A stretch of DNA of 64,000 nt from Candidatus Parcubacteria bacterium (GCA_023128895.1 JAGMDC010000003.1:2254-66253); one strand, 5' to 3'; positions 36,514 through 46,759 are shown, counted from the stretch's first letter. A program made the numbers and translations. The notes: generated by a model from the sequence alone, not told the origin.

Positions 36514-38439
36514 CTAATTATTTATCACTGATTTAATGTGTTCAACACTTTCCTGATTGGATAAGGTTGAAAGGTCGCCTAATTCCTCGCCTGTAAATAA
36601 TTTTCTCAAAATTCGACGCATAATTTTTCCGCTTCTGGTTTTAGGCAAATCCTTGACTATGTAAACTTGCTTTGTGGAAATAATAGGCCCGATTTCTTTT
36701 CTTAGTTGAAGTTTAATCTCCTTCTGAACTTTCTCAACAGGCGTTGTTTCTTTGAGAACCACAAAAATTATCGGGACTTGTCCTTTTATTTCGTCTAAAA
36801 CCCCAACAACAGCGCTTTCTGAAATATAAGAAATATGAGAAACCGCGTCTTCCAATTCTCCAGTGGTGAATCGGTGTCCCGCGACTTTCAAAACATCGTC
36901 GATTCTTCCAACAATCCTTATTAAACCGTTCTTGTCTTTCAGCGCGGCGTCAGAAGTGAAATAAATCTTTTTGCCGCACTGCCGCCAATATGTTTTCAAA
37001 TATTTTTCAGGATTTCTATAAATCCCGCGCAAAAGACCTGGCGCAAAAGGGGGAAGCAGAACTAAATTTCCCTGTTTATTAGACGAAACGCGCTTGCCCT
37101 TGTCATCAACTATGTCAAACTTTAATCCGGGAAACGGCAAACCAGTGAAACAGGGCCTAAAAGGTCCTATTCCAGGCAAAGATGTAATTAAAATTCCGCC
37201 TGTTTCTGTCTGCCACCAAGTGTCAACAACAGGACATCTATTTTTTCCAATCTCTTTGAAATACCATTTCCACGACGATTCGTCTATTGGCTCCCCTACT
37301 GAACTCAAAAGCCGCAGGGTTTCAAATTTATATTTTTTCAATATATCAGCGCCGTATTTTTTGAACATCCTCACGGCAGTAGGCGCGGTATAAAAAATTG
37401 TTATTCCGTATTTTTCAATAATTCGCGCCCATCTGTCCGGCGTCGGAGAATTCGGCGCGCCCTCAAAAATAACAAATGTCGCGGCATTTAACAAAGGCGA
37501 ATAACAGCTGTAGGTATGGCCGGTAATCCAGCCCAAATCCGCGGTTGACCAAAAAATATCATCTTTTCGCAAATCAAAAATCCATTTTCCGGTGAACTTT
37601 GCCTGAACAGCATAGCCGCCGCAGGTCTGGACAGTGCCTTTGGGCTTCCCGGTGCTCCCGCTCGTGTAAAGTATGAATAAAGTGTCTTCAGCGTCCATTA
37701 TTTGCGCATCGCATTCATCTGATTCTCCCGCGACTAAATTCTGCCACCATAAATCCCTATTCCTGTTCCAGGCAACCTCATTGCCAGCTCGCTTGACAAC
37801 AATCATTTTTTTGACTTTTGTGTTTTTTATTGCTTCATCAGCGTTCCTCTTCAAATCAATAACTTTCGCTCTTCTGTAATATCCGTCTGCTGTAATCAAG
37901 ACCTTTGCTTTAGTATCCTGCAATCGTATCTGCAGGGCAGAAGAACTAAAAGCGGAAAAAACTACCGTATGAATCGCGCCAATTCTCGCACAGGCGAGCA
38001 TAGAAATTATTGCCTCTGGGATCATTGGCAAATAAATCCCGACTCTATCGCCTTTTTTCACGCCTAATCTTTTAAGCGCATTCGCAAACCGATTTACTTC
38101 TCTGAATAATTCATAATATGTCAAAACCCTTTGCCTTTCTTCTGGAATTTCCGGCTCCCAGATGATTGCCGCTTTGTTTTTTATATTTTCCCATCCAAGA
38201 GAATTATTTTCAAAAATATTGGAAGTGATATTAATCTTTCCCCCAACAAACCACTGGAAATACGGTGGTTTATGTATAAACGCTTTCTTCCATTTCTTGA
38301 ACCAAAAAAGTTCTTTTGCCAAACCTTCCCAAAACTTAATCGGATTTTTCCCAGCGTCTTTATAAATTTTCTTGTTATTTATAATCGCGCTATGCGCGAA
38401 TTCTTTTGATGGATAATATAAATCTCCTTTCTTAAGCAT
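36514..38439 (-). CDS. acs: acetyl-CoA synthetase (AMP-forming)
   Basis: YTSGSTGKPKG, WWQTETGG and LPKTRSGKIMRR. Confidence 0.9.
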   Translation of the reverse strand: MLKKGDLYYPSKEFAHSAIINNKKIYKDAGKNPIKFWEGLAKELFWFKKWKKAFIHKPPYFQWFVGGKINITSNIFENNSLGWENIKNKAAIIWEPEIPEERQRVLTYYELFREVNRFANALKRLGVKKGDRVGIYLPMIPEAIISMLACARIGAIHTVVFSAFSSSALQIRLQDTKAKVLITADGYYRRAKVIDLKRNADEAIKNTKVKKMIVVKRAGNEVAWNRNRDLWWQNLVAGESDECDAQIMDAEDTLFILYTSGSTGKPKGTVQTCGGYAVQAKFTGKWIFDLRKDDIFWSTADLGWITGHTYSCYSPLLNAATFVIFEGAPNSPTPDRWARIIEKYGITIFYTAPTAVRMFKKYGADILKKYKFETLRLLSSVGEPIDESSWKWYFKEIGKNRCPVVDTWWQTETGGILITSLPGIGPFRPCFTGLPFPGLKFDIVDDKGKRVSSNKQGNLVLLPPFAPGLLRGIYRNPEKYLKTYWRQCGKKIYFTSDAALKDKNGLIRIVGRIDDVLKVAGHRFTTGELEDAVSHISYISESAVVGVLDEIKGQVPIIFVVLKETTPVEKVQKEIKLQLRKEIGPIISTKQVYIVKDLPKTRSGKIMRRILRKLFTGEELGDLSTLSNQESVEHIKSVINN

Positions 38440-38521
38440 ATTACTCTATTTTAAAGTATTACTAAATTATGTCAAACAAAAAATAGACAAAATTGTCTAT
38501 TGAAAATTTTAAATAAGTAAC

Positions 38522-38582
38522 CAAAATAAAAATTACAGCTTCTTGCCAATAAATTCAGCGAATTCACACATTCTGCAGGAAT
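38522..38582 (-). repeat. 61-bp direct repeat: orphan duplicate of the gap 3' end (putative distal att site)
   Basis: Matches 44591..44651 with 3 mismatches by hand count. The remnant translates as SCRMCEFAEFIGKKL-stop, versus SCRMCEFAEFIGKQL-stop in gap. Confidence 0.85.
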
Positions 38583-38626
38583 TTTCATCACAATATCTCT
38601 GGCATAGTTTAATTGCTTAGTATAAA

Positions 38627-39376
38627 TTATTGGCTGTTAATTTCATAAATCTTTCTTTCTCCACTTGGCAGTTCGTATTCCAGTTCTGTGTCAGAGAGCC
38701 ATTTGGGTTTGAAACGCCAAGAAGGGTCGGATGAAGCAATTTTAATCTTTTCTTTGGTGAAAAGATTGTAAATCCATAGATTTTTCATCTCTCCTCTTTG
38801 TCTCGCTTCTTCTTCCATCTGTTCAACCACTCCTCCAAAACCAGTAAAAGATGTCATATCAACATAAGCGAGCCATCCTTTGAAGTTCCACGCTCTTTCA
38901 GCTCCGGAAGGAAGATCAGAAGGCATAGACAAAATATCAGTTTTCCATGTTCCCATCTCTACACGGTAATATGCGGTTTCATAAGCTCCAACATATATAT
39001 CTCCCCATAAATATTTACCATCCGGAGTCCAAATACCTAACCCAAAACTGCCTGGTTCAATATCTGAATGTTTTTCCAATATCTCATCAAGGGTCAAAAC
39101 AAAAACATCCTCTTTTGTTTCTAAAACCTTGATGACAAGGGCATAATCAGGACTGCCGAGATAACCGCGTTCAAGAACAACATAATTTTCTGTAGGGTCA
39201 ACGCGAAAATCTCCAAGTATATTTTCAAAAGACCATTTAGCATAAGAAGCGATTAATGCTTTCCCTTTTCCGTTATAATTATATCTCCACAACTCTCTTC
39301 TATAATTTTCAAGTGGTATTTTTTTTTGATAATCATAATTAAAAGTTCTTATTGCATATACACCGCATTTATGCAA
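38627..39376 (-). CDS. hypothetical protein (TTG start only; possibly the continuation of the upstream ORF)
   Basis: A 249-aa ORF with no ATG near its 5' end. It begins 1 nt after the TGA of 39378..39689. Confidence 0.4.
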   Translation of the reverse strand: MHKCGVYAIRTFNYDYQKKIPLENYRRELWRYNYNGKGKALIASYAKWSFENILGDFRVDPTENYVVLERGYLGSPDYALVIKVLETKEDVFVLTLDEILEKHSDIEPGSFGLGIWTPDGKYLWGDIYVGAYETAYYRVEMGTWKTDILSMPSDLPSGAERAWNFKGWLAYVDMTSFTGFGGVVEQMEEEARQRGEMKNLWIYNLFTKEKIKIASSDPSWRFKPKWLSDTELEYELPSGERKIYEINSQ

Positions 39377-39377
39377 C

Positions 39378-39689
39378 TCAATTGGGTGATAATGATCTGG
39401 GATCTGGATTTGATATATTTATTTGAAAACTAAATATTTCTGTATTATCTTTTTTATTTTTGATAAAAATTTCGGCTATTCCTCCGCCCTCTTCTTTCTT
39501 TTTGATTTCATATCCTGCTACTTCATCATCTGCCAGACAAGCGCTATGAGCAACCAAATTTTCCTGCGCTCCTTTGTTTTCTTCTATTTCCCTTATTGCC
39601 CGCTGCTGATAATTCAATACAACTACAATTGCAAGAAAAAATGTTAAAACAACTATAATAAGATATAACCAATTTCTCATAAAACTCAA
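39378..39689 (-). CDS. hypothetical N-terminally membrane-anchored protein
   Basis: TM helix WLYLIIVVLTFFLAIVVVL. Length is 103 aa. Confidence 0.4.
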   Translation of the reverse strand: MSFMRNWLYLIIVVLTFFLAIVVVLNYQQRAIREIEENKGAQENLVAHSACLADDEVAGYEIKKKEEGGGIAEIFIKNKKDNTEIFSFQINISNPDPRSLSPN

Positions 39690-39892
39690 AGATGCTTAAT
39701 AATGTATTGAGTGTCGTTAATTAAAAGATTAGAACACTGGTCTGTGATGTACTGTCTTTCGGCAAAGAACTCAACTTCTCTGATAAACCATTCAAGAACA
39801 TTAGTTATTATTCCGTTCATAGTCTTCTCATACGCTTCTTTCATCCTTTCTAATACTTGTTCTATCGCTGGAAGTTTAGCTTCATCTATCAA
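39686..39892 (-). CDS. hypothetical 68-aa protein
   Basis: ORF with a 4-bp overlap onto the next gene. Confidence 0.35.
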   Translation of the reverse strand: MIDEAKLPAIEQVLERMKEAYEKTMNGIITNVLEWFIREVEFFAERQYITDQCSNLLINDTQYIIKHL

Positions 39893-40027
39893 TTCATCAT
39901 AATACCTTAATCGTTCTTATTTTTCTTGCTCTAATCTTTGAGCTGATTTCAGCTTGGCAATGAGCATATCTTTGACAAATCCCAGATATTATAAATATCC
40001 GATATCTACATCAATCCAGTTTAATTT

Positions 40028-40360
40028 TCATGTAGACAAGATCAAAGCCGTTATAAATATAAAAAATACAAATAATGATACTAACAAACCAATGATAGAT
40101 AGAACTATACCTACTATAGCATGACTCTTTTTGGTCGACCTTAACCCAGTTATTCCAAAAATTAAACCGAGAATAGCACTTATTATTGCTATAGAAAGTG
40201 TTATTGCATATATTGCTACATTTATTGCCAAACTTGTTAATACTTCTGTTAATACTCCTACGCTCGGTGCTATTAAGCTAATAATACCCAATATCAAGGA
40301 AAGAACAGCCTTGCCCTTTGGGTCGGATTTTAATTTAGAAACATCTTGATTATCGCTCAT
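40028..40360 (-). CDS. small multi-TM membrane protein
   Basis: A 110-aa protein with three or four hydrophobic helices. Confidence 0.5.
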   Translation of the reverse strand: MSDNQDVSKLKSDPKGKAVLSLILGIISLIAPSVGVLTEVLTSLAINVAIYAITLSIAIISAILGLIFGITGLRSTKKSHAIVGIVLSIIGLLVSLFVFFIFITALILST

Positions 40361-40491
40361 ATTTTTTAATGTCTTAATTTTTTATTATCTTTTAACGACC
40401 TTTTAAGGTTTAGTGAATTCAGAACAACCCGACAGCAAACCTAACACAGGAATTACAGCGTTCGGGCTACTGTAAACCGCAAAATGCGTAA

Positions 40492-43400
40492 TCACCAAGA
40501 TAGATGAAAAAATGAGTTAAGAGCCCCTAAAAACCGCGTACGTAAGCCAGTAGTATGAGATTTAAAAAACGAGGGAGCGGCAAACTTAACCGCTAATTGG
40601 GCGTATGACCAGGATTGGCTTAGCCGCATTACTGCTTTGTCCGGCCGTGCTTTAGATATTTCTTTCTCTGCTCTTGATAACTCTCTTTCGGCTTTCTCTA
40701 TGAAGCGATCAACTGTGTTTTGAAACATAGGATTTCCAATTGGTGTATTCTTGGCGTCATTGATAGCTGTTTCAGCTATTATCCTGTCTGCTTTGATTAG
40801 ATTATCTACAACTTGATTAAATACTGGCAGAACAGTGTTAATGGCTTCAATCTCGGTCTCTTCTTTCTCTGTGTCTAATCCGAATTTTTGCTTTATCTCT
40901 ATAATTCTTTCCAGGATTGATGTTTTTGTATTAAATATCCGTGCTTTATGATAAAGACGGCTTACAGCAAAGGATTGTTCAAAGAGAACTTTCCTACCCT
41001 GGTTTGAATCAAGACGAAAATCGTCAATCCACAAGGCATTATCCAAACTTTTATCAATATGCCTGATAATTGAATCAATTTCTCTATTTATTGCTTTATT
41101 ATTAGTTTTACTTTCTTCCAAGAGAGATATGCTTTGTTCTTTGAGAAGTTTAGGGGTTTGCCAGGGAATTGCCGGCAGAACAGCGATATCTGTTGTTCCT
41201 GTGATTGGCTGTTCTAATTCCTGCCCTGGCTCTATTTGCTCAGTGCTAATATTTGATTTGTATTGTTGGCTGGCTTCATCGTAATAAATTGCTTGAACCT
41301 CATAAGTTTCAATCCCATCAGTTAATTCTTGAAGTTCAGGATAAGTTTCTATCATTTCTTGGATATCTTTGCTGGAAACAACGAAATGAACCTTTGTTTC
41401 CTCGGGCACAAAAATCCATTCATCGTCGTAAACAAGATCCCCCGAGGCAATGGCTTCTGGAATTTGATTTTCATATTCTCCTGTTTCGTAATTCATGCCA
41501 GTATGTCTACCTAGCTCATCGTAAGCATGAAGGTCAACATCAGCAGAAATGGACTTGTAAGAAACATTTAAGGGGGTGGTCAAATTATTTGAATGAGCAG
41601 AAGCAAAAGAAACGAAAAAAGTTAAAATAAAGATAATTGCTAAAAAAATAATAATTCGCAAAATCGTTTTTTTTGCTTTTTGCTTTTTGATAATCCAAAA
41701 TCGTAAAAAGAACAGAGATATAATGAGCAGAGCTAAAATTTGCTGCAAACCGCTTGTTATCATTGAAAGATATCTTACCGATGCATACTCATAAATTTGT
41801 TCAATTTTATATCCAAAGACATGTAAATAAAATCGTTCGCCGGGTCCCATTGGATGAAGATGAAAATAAAGAATTTCTTTCTGCTCTTCCTTATCAAATT
41901 CAGAAGATATCTCATTAACTTTGAAAGGATCAGAAGCGAACTCCCAAATTTTTTCTAATAAGGACAATTTTGGTCGCAAAACAGTTCCAACATAATTTGA
42001 AAGGGTACATTCAGAAATTTGAGCATTAATTTTAAAACTATCGGGTTCAGCAATACGATTATTTATTTCAACGAAAACATTGTTTATCGGATCTTTAAAT
42101 GGCGAGTTCAAGGGATCTGGAATGGGCGGAACTAATGGACCTAAAGAAATTATACCCACAGATTTAGCAATATTAACAAAATTAATCGTAGTTGTCTCAT
42201 TATTTACTGTAATTTCTTTGGGCGAAATTTTATAAATTACCAAAGGATTATCTGGTAAATCTGTATCCCATTTACTATATGCAGAATTATTAGTTCTGGC
42301 TTCTAAAAGATAATATGAGTCATTAGCAAGATTATACCTTGCCACTTCATCGCCAAACTTCATTGTTTCTAATGATTCGATTGTATGACTGCCATATTCT
42401 ACAACATTTTCCTGAAGCCAGCCGAGCTTAATTTTGCTAAATGAAGAGAAATAAGATGTGATATTTTGTGTTACGCTCCAAATATTTGTGGCGCCACCCA
42501 TTATATCAAAATAATTGGGAACAGATCCGCCATAACCGCCATCGTAACAAGGGTTTGCTGTAGAATATAAATCACATAAAGGATAACCTGTTAATATATT
42601 ACCCAAAGCGTGTCCTAATTCATGAGACCAGACATATTTTGTGCCATTTTCCGCAACTGCTATCCAATTATTAATGAACTCGGTCGGACTATTAATTGGC
42701 GCGGGGGAAAAAGAAGGCGTCCACCATTGAGATGAAAGAGGATATTTTTGCAAAGAAAGTAATTTTTGTTCTGAATCTCCCCAATAAATAACTATAACAC
42801 TTTGATAATCATTATAATCTATATCTTCATCAGCTTTATTGATTGCGTCCCAAATAAATTGCTCTGTCCTGTCCTCATCTTTTACTTTTATTTCTCTACC
42901 CTGTCCGTCAAGACCAAAGCTTATTTCCTGAACTTGAGAAAAGTTTTTTCCGTAATGTTTCTGAGTTTGCTCTAACTTATAATTCAATTCATTGTTGTCA
43001 TAAACATCAAAATTTAAATTAAAAAGTCCTCCATTGCAAGTTTTTGTAATTGGATCCCATTTTCCAAACGAATTTTCACAATAATAATCTTCAACTTGTT
43101 CAGTAATGCTTTCAAAGTATTCTTTGTTATGCGAAAAATCAAAAAATTTATCGGGATCACTCGGTTCAGCTAAAATCACCGCAATATTGTAGGTTGGAGA
43201 TTGAGGCGCTTCCCACCCGCTCTCTTGTATAAATGGGTATCTGTCTCGGCAAGGATGAAGACAATAATATCCATAATGATAGCCGCCCCAGAAGTTATAA
43301 GAAAGATATGGGGTATCGCCTATTCCATCACTGCCAGGTTGGTCTTGTTCGGGTCCGCTCTTTTCATCTACGCCTGTATAATCGCTCCAATAATTGCCGC

Positions 43401-44577
43401 CTGATGGATAATCATTGTCTAAAAAATCAGTATCGCAAACAAACATCTCGGGACTATTGTGGTTATCAATAAAATTATTGTGAAATATCTCATTATCCTT
43501 GCTGCACATTACCATTCCAGCTGGCCAGTACCAATGACAAAGCATGCGCAAACCATATTCTGTATTCTCTCTCAAAGTATTTTCAGTGACAGTATTGTAA
43601 TGAGAAAGGAATATATAAATACCATGTTGATTTAAGCTAATATCATTATCTGTAATTGTATTATAACTGGAATAATACAGACAGATTCCAAAATCGTTAT
43701 TTGAATTGACAATATTGTCAACGAGAATATTATTGTCAGAATGCGTTAAACGAATTCCGTGAGATTTATTATTGGAAACATTATTGTTGTTAAGGGTGCT
43801 ATTTGAACCATAATAAAAAAAAGCGCCTGAATGAAAATTATTTACAGTACAATTTTTAACAGCAACATTAGTTTTGCGATTTACATAAACGCCGTATCCA
43901 GTATCAGAGCCTGTCATGTTATAGCCAGCGCAGTCCAAAGTAATATTACTCTCTGTTATCTCTATACTTTCAATTAAATCCTGGGTTAAAGTACAGGTTG
44001 AGGTTCCTTCATTCCAGATGCCATAATCAGAGCATTCTTCCGGCAGAAATACTACATTATCGCTTTCAGACAGGGTTTGAATATCTTTGGATTGAATCCC
44101 TGCATCCGCTTCGGGCTGAATCCAAATATGATGGGATTGGGTTAAGTCTTGAGTCCAATTATGTTCTCCATTTCTATTGGAAACAAAAACAGCTTTGTTT
44201 TTGTAGCTGTCTTGGAATTTGTAATAGGTTGTATTTGGCTCTAATCCGCTAATAGTTAAATTAGTAGAAGCAAAATCGGTTGAGGAGCTAATATCCATAC
44301 TAATCATTCTTGGGATTGATTCTATATCTATTGTTATTTCTTCAGTGCTTTTCAGAGAAATATTGAGATATTCGCTGTCAATTATTTCAAAATAACTGCC
44401 TGTTCCTTCAACTTTTCCAGATATTTGCGGTTCCAGCAATGCGTCCTCGGCAAAGGTTACTGCCGGTATTATCATTAAGAATGCCAAACTTGCTAAGACA
44501 ATTTTCATTGGTTTATATTTTTCCGTAATCCGTTTTGCTGTTGTTTTAATTTCTTTTTGACATTTTCTTTTATTCAT
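40492..44577 (-). CDS. giant surface protein: parallel beta-helix repeats plus HExxH metallopeptidase motif, two internal TM helices and a helical C-terminal domain
   Basis: Signal anchor. Beta-helix repeats of NosD/PbH1 style (NNNVSNNKSHGIRLTHSDNNILVDNIV...). SHELGHALG. TM pair ILALLIISLFFLRFWII / IIIFLAIIFILTFFVSF. Length is 1361 aa. Confidence 0.65.
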   Translation of the reverse strand: MNKRKCQKEIKTTAKRITEKYKPMKIVLASLAFLMIIPAVTFAEDALLEPQISGKVEGTGSYFEIIDSEYLNISLKSTEEITIDIESIPRMISMDISSSTDFASTNLTISGLEPNTTYYKFQDSYKNKAVFVSNRNGEHNWTQDLTQSHHIWIQPEADAGIQSKDIQTLSESDNVVFLPEECSDYGIWNEGTSTCTLTQDLIESIEITESNITLDCAGYNMTGSDTGYGVYVNRKTNVAVKNCTVNNFHSGAFFYYGSNSTLNNNNVSNNKSHGIRLTHSDNNILVDNIVNSNNDFGICLYYSSYNTITDNDISLNQHGIYIFLSHYNTVTENTLRENTEYGLRMLCHWYWPAGMVMCSKDNEIFHNNFIDNHNSPEMFVCDTDFLDNDYPSGGNYWSDYTGVDEKSGPEQDQPGSDGIGDTPYLSYNFWGGYHYGYYCLHPCRDRYPFIQESGWEAPQSPTYNIAVILAEPSDPDKFFDFSHNKEYFESITEQVEDYYCENSFGKWDPITKTCNGGLFNLNFDVYDNNELNYKLEQTQKHYGKNFSQVQEISFGLDGQGREIKVKDEDRTEQFIWDAINKADEDIDYNDYQSVIVIYWGDSEQKLLSLQKYPLSSQWWTPSFSPAPINSPTEFINNWIAVAENGTKYVWSHELGHALGNILTGYPLCDLYSTANPCYDGGYGGSVPNYFDIMGGATNIWSVTQNITSYFSSFSKIKLGWLQENVVEYGSHTIESLETMKFGDEVARYNLANDSYYLLEARTNNSAYSKWDTDLPDNPLVIYKISPKEITVNNETTTINFVNIAKSVGIISLGPLVPPIPDPLNSPFKDPINNVFVEINNRIAEPDSFKINAQISECTLSNYVGTVLRPKLSLLEKIWEFASDPFKVNEISSEFDKEEQKEILYFHLHPMGPGERFYLHVFGYKIEQIYEYASVRYLSMITSGLQQILALLIISLFFLRFWIIKKQKAKKTILRIIIFLAIIFILTFFVSFASAHSNNLTTPLNVSYKSISADVDLHAYDELGRHTGMNYETGEYENQIPEAIASGDLVYDDEWIFVPEETKVHFVVSSKDIQEMIETYPELQELTDGIETYEVQAIYYDEASQQYKSNISTEQIEPGQELEQPITGTTDIAVLPAIPWQTPKLLKEQSISLLEESKTNNKAINREIDSIIRHIDKSLDNALWIDDFRLDSNQGRKVLFEQSFAVSRLYHKARIFNTKTSILERIIEIKQKFGLDTEKEETEIEAINTVLPVFNQVVDNLIKADRIIAETAINDAKNTPIGNPMFQNTVDRFIEKAERELSRAEKEISKARPDKAVMRLSQSWSYAQLAVKFAAPSFFKSHTTGLRTRFLGALNSFFHLSW

Positions 44578-44590
44578 TATTACAAAATTG

Positions 44591-44651
44591 CAAAATAAAA
44601 ATTACAGCTGTTTTCCAATAAATTCAGCGAATTCACACATTCTGCAGGAAT
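44591..44651 (-). repeat. 61-bp direct repeat partner covering the true 3' end of gap (putative proximal att site)
   Basis: See 38522..38582. Confidence 0.85.
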
Positions 44652-45612
44652 AAGCGAATTCATTGTCATACCAAGATATAATTTTGATTAAATTATCTTT
44701 TGCCATTGTCAATTGCGTGTCAACAATAGACGAAAAAGGATTTCCAATATAATCAGACGAAACCAATGGCGCGTTTTCTGTTGTTAAAATTCCCTGAAAA
44801 TTTTCTTGCGCGCTCGCCTCTTTAAAAAAATTATTAACTTCTTCAACGCTTGCGCTTTTCTCTGTCTGGCAAACAAAATCTATTGCTGAAACAACAGGAG
44901 TGGGCACTCTAATGGCAATTCCGTCAAGTTTGCCCTCCACTTCAGGAATAACCCTGCCAATTGCTTTTGTGGCGCCGGTAGTAGTAGGAACAATGTTCTG
45001 CGCCGCGGCGCGCGCCCGGCGCAAATCCTTATGCGGCAAGTCCAAAAGCCGCTGGTCAGTAGTATAACTGTGAATAGTCGTCATAAATCCTTTCTCAATT
45101 TTCAAATTGTCGCCAAGAACTTTTACTACCGGAGCAAGGCAATTAGTAGTACAGGAACCCATGTCAACAATTTCGTCTTTTTCTGGATTAAATTTTTGTT
45201 CATTTACTCCTAAAATATAGGAAAAGATTTTTTCCGGGGTTTTTGTGGGCGCTGAAATGAGCACTTTCTTGGCACCTGCCTGAATATGCTTTTTCGCGCC
45301 TTCGTAATCCCGAAAAACGCCTGTGCATTCCAAAACAACATCTATACTCAAATCCTTCCAGGGAAGTTTGGAGGGATCTTTTTCAGCGAAAATTTTAATT
45401 TCTTTGTCGCCAATAATAAGCGAATTCTCTTTTGCCTCCACTTGCTTATCATAGATTCCGTATAAAGAATCGTATTTCAAAAGGTGAGCCAATGTTTTTG
45501 CGTCAGTCAAATCATTTATAGCAACCACTTCTAAATCAGGATGTTTGTCTAAAATCCTTCTAAAACTTGACCTCCCAATCCGACCAAACCCATTTATTGC
45601 AATTTTAATCAT
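44602..45612 (-). CDS. gap: type I glyceraldehyde-3-phosphate dehydrogenase
   Basis: INGFGRIGR and SCTTNCLAP. Confidence 0.95.
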   Translation of the reverse strand: MIKIAINGFGRIGRSSFRRILDKHPDLEVVAINDLTDAKTLAHLLKYDSLYGIYDKQVEAKENSLIIGDKEIKIFAEKDPSKLPWKDLSIDVVLECTGVFRDYEGAKKHIQAGAKKVLISAPTKTPEKIFSYILGVNEQKFNPEKDEIVDMGSCTTNCLAPVVKVLGDNLKIEKGFMTTIHSYTTDQRLLDLPHKDLRRARAAAQNIVPTTTGATKAIGRVIPEVEGKLDGIAIRVPTPVVSAIDFVCQTEKSASVEEVNNFFKEASAQENFQGILTTENAPLVSSDYIGNPFSSIVDTQLTMAKDNLIKIISWYDNEFAYSCRMCEFAEFIGKQL

Positions 45613-45708
45613 AAAAAAATAAATAATGAGCGAGACAACAAGCCCTCAAAAATAAAAAAATATGAAGTTCAGGAATAAACTTCTTTGCCTTGCGAATTAT
45701 TTAATAAA

Positions 45709-46746
45709 TTACTTACACTCTCCGCCCGAGGAATCGCCTTCGCCAGCGCCAAAACCAGGAATAGGAACTTCATCGGAAAGCGTTTGAGAACATTGTTTTG
45801 GCTCTGTATTAAACGCCTGACAAACTATGCTTTTGAAATTTTCCGGAGAACGCGGACTGATTTCTGTTGTTTTTCCGTTAATAATTATAGTTGGCGAACC
45901 CTTAACTTCATACTCATTGTTCAAATCCGCGTGCAAATCAAACTTTGGAAACTGGCCGCTCTTCCAGGTTGATTTATCATTATATTGCGCTGTTACATTA
46001 AATTCCTGGTCAATACGCGCGACACAAGCGTCAACGCGCGCTTCATCCACTCCTGCTTCTGCCAGACATTTTTTCGCGTCCGCAACAGCGTTAAAAACAA
46101 AACAATTCAAATAATTATAATACTTATCCTCTTGCTCCAATTCAATGCAATACTGGCGCAAATTTTCGTCAATTTCCGGCTTGTCGTGCATTATGTAATC
46201 AACGTAATAGATGTCTATATCTGCTTCGTCTTTTAACAAATTATAAACAGGCAAAAACATTTTTTGCGCCTGCAAGCCGTAAGGGCAATACGACATCACA
46301 AAAACCTTTATATCAGGCCTGTCTGCTTTAACAACTTCTTTTTCCTTTTTAACTTCTTCTATGTCAATAAACTGCGGAAATAAAAATTTTCCGTTTTTTG
46401 TAATATATGAATCAAATTCCTCTTCCTGAATTTTCAATTTAATCCTGTAAATTCCGCTTTCTTCCGCTGATTCTATCACAGAAGCAGTCATCCCCCCCTG
46501 AAGCATATTCTCATTGATAAAACTTACTGCCAGCGCGCCTGCGTCTTCAATGCTTAACAATTCCTCTGTGTTATTATTGTTATTGTTTCCGGCAAAAATT
46601 GTCGGATTTACGTAAATTATCGCGCCCGCAATCAAAACACCGGCAATTATTATTGCTATTGGCATTATTGTCTTGCATGTCTTTTTTTCTCCGGTCAAAC
46701 CTTGTGAATTTATAGATTCTGTTTCCATTGTTTTAATAATACTCAT
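45709..46746 (-). CDS. membrane-anchored thioredoxin-fold (DsbA-like) protein
   Basis: N-terminal TM helix and a CPYG redox-type motif in VFVMSYCPYGLQ. Confidence 0.5.
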   Translation of the reverse strand: MSIIKTMETESINSQGLTGEKKTCKTIMPIAIIIAGVLIAGAIIYVNPTIFAGNNNNNNTEELLSIEDAGALAVSFINENMLQGGMTASVIESAEESGIYRIKLKIQEEEFDSYITKNGKFLFPQFIDIEEVKKEKEVVKADRPDIKVFVMSYCPYGLQAQKMFLPVYNLLKDEADIDIYYVDYIMHDKPEIDENLRQYCIELEQEDKYYNYLNCFVFNAVADAKKCLAEAGVDEARVDACVARIDQEFNVTAQYNDKSTWKSGQFPKFDLHADLNNEYEVKGSPTIIINGKTTEISPRSPENFKSIVCQAFNTEPKQCSQTLSDEVPIPGFGAGEGDSSGGECK

Positions 46747-46759
46747 TTACGAATAAAAG

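Larger units (their letters stand above)
38583..44590. mobile_element. putative about 6-kb genomic island inserted at the gap 3' end
   Basis: Bounded by the 61-bp direct repeats. Carries five minus-strand ORFs with no housekeeping assignment. No integrase lies inside. Confidence 0.5.

Noticed and set aside
38583-44590. The gap-associated island as a prophage or a conjugative element.
   Set aside because: I could recognise no integrase, capsid, terminase, relaxase or type IV secretion genes. I report it only as an island with att-like repeats.
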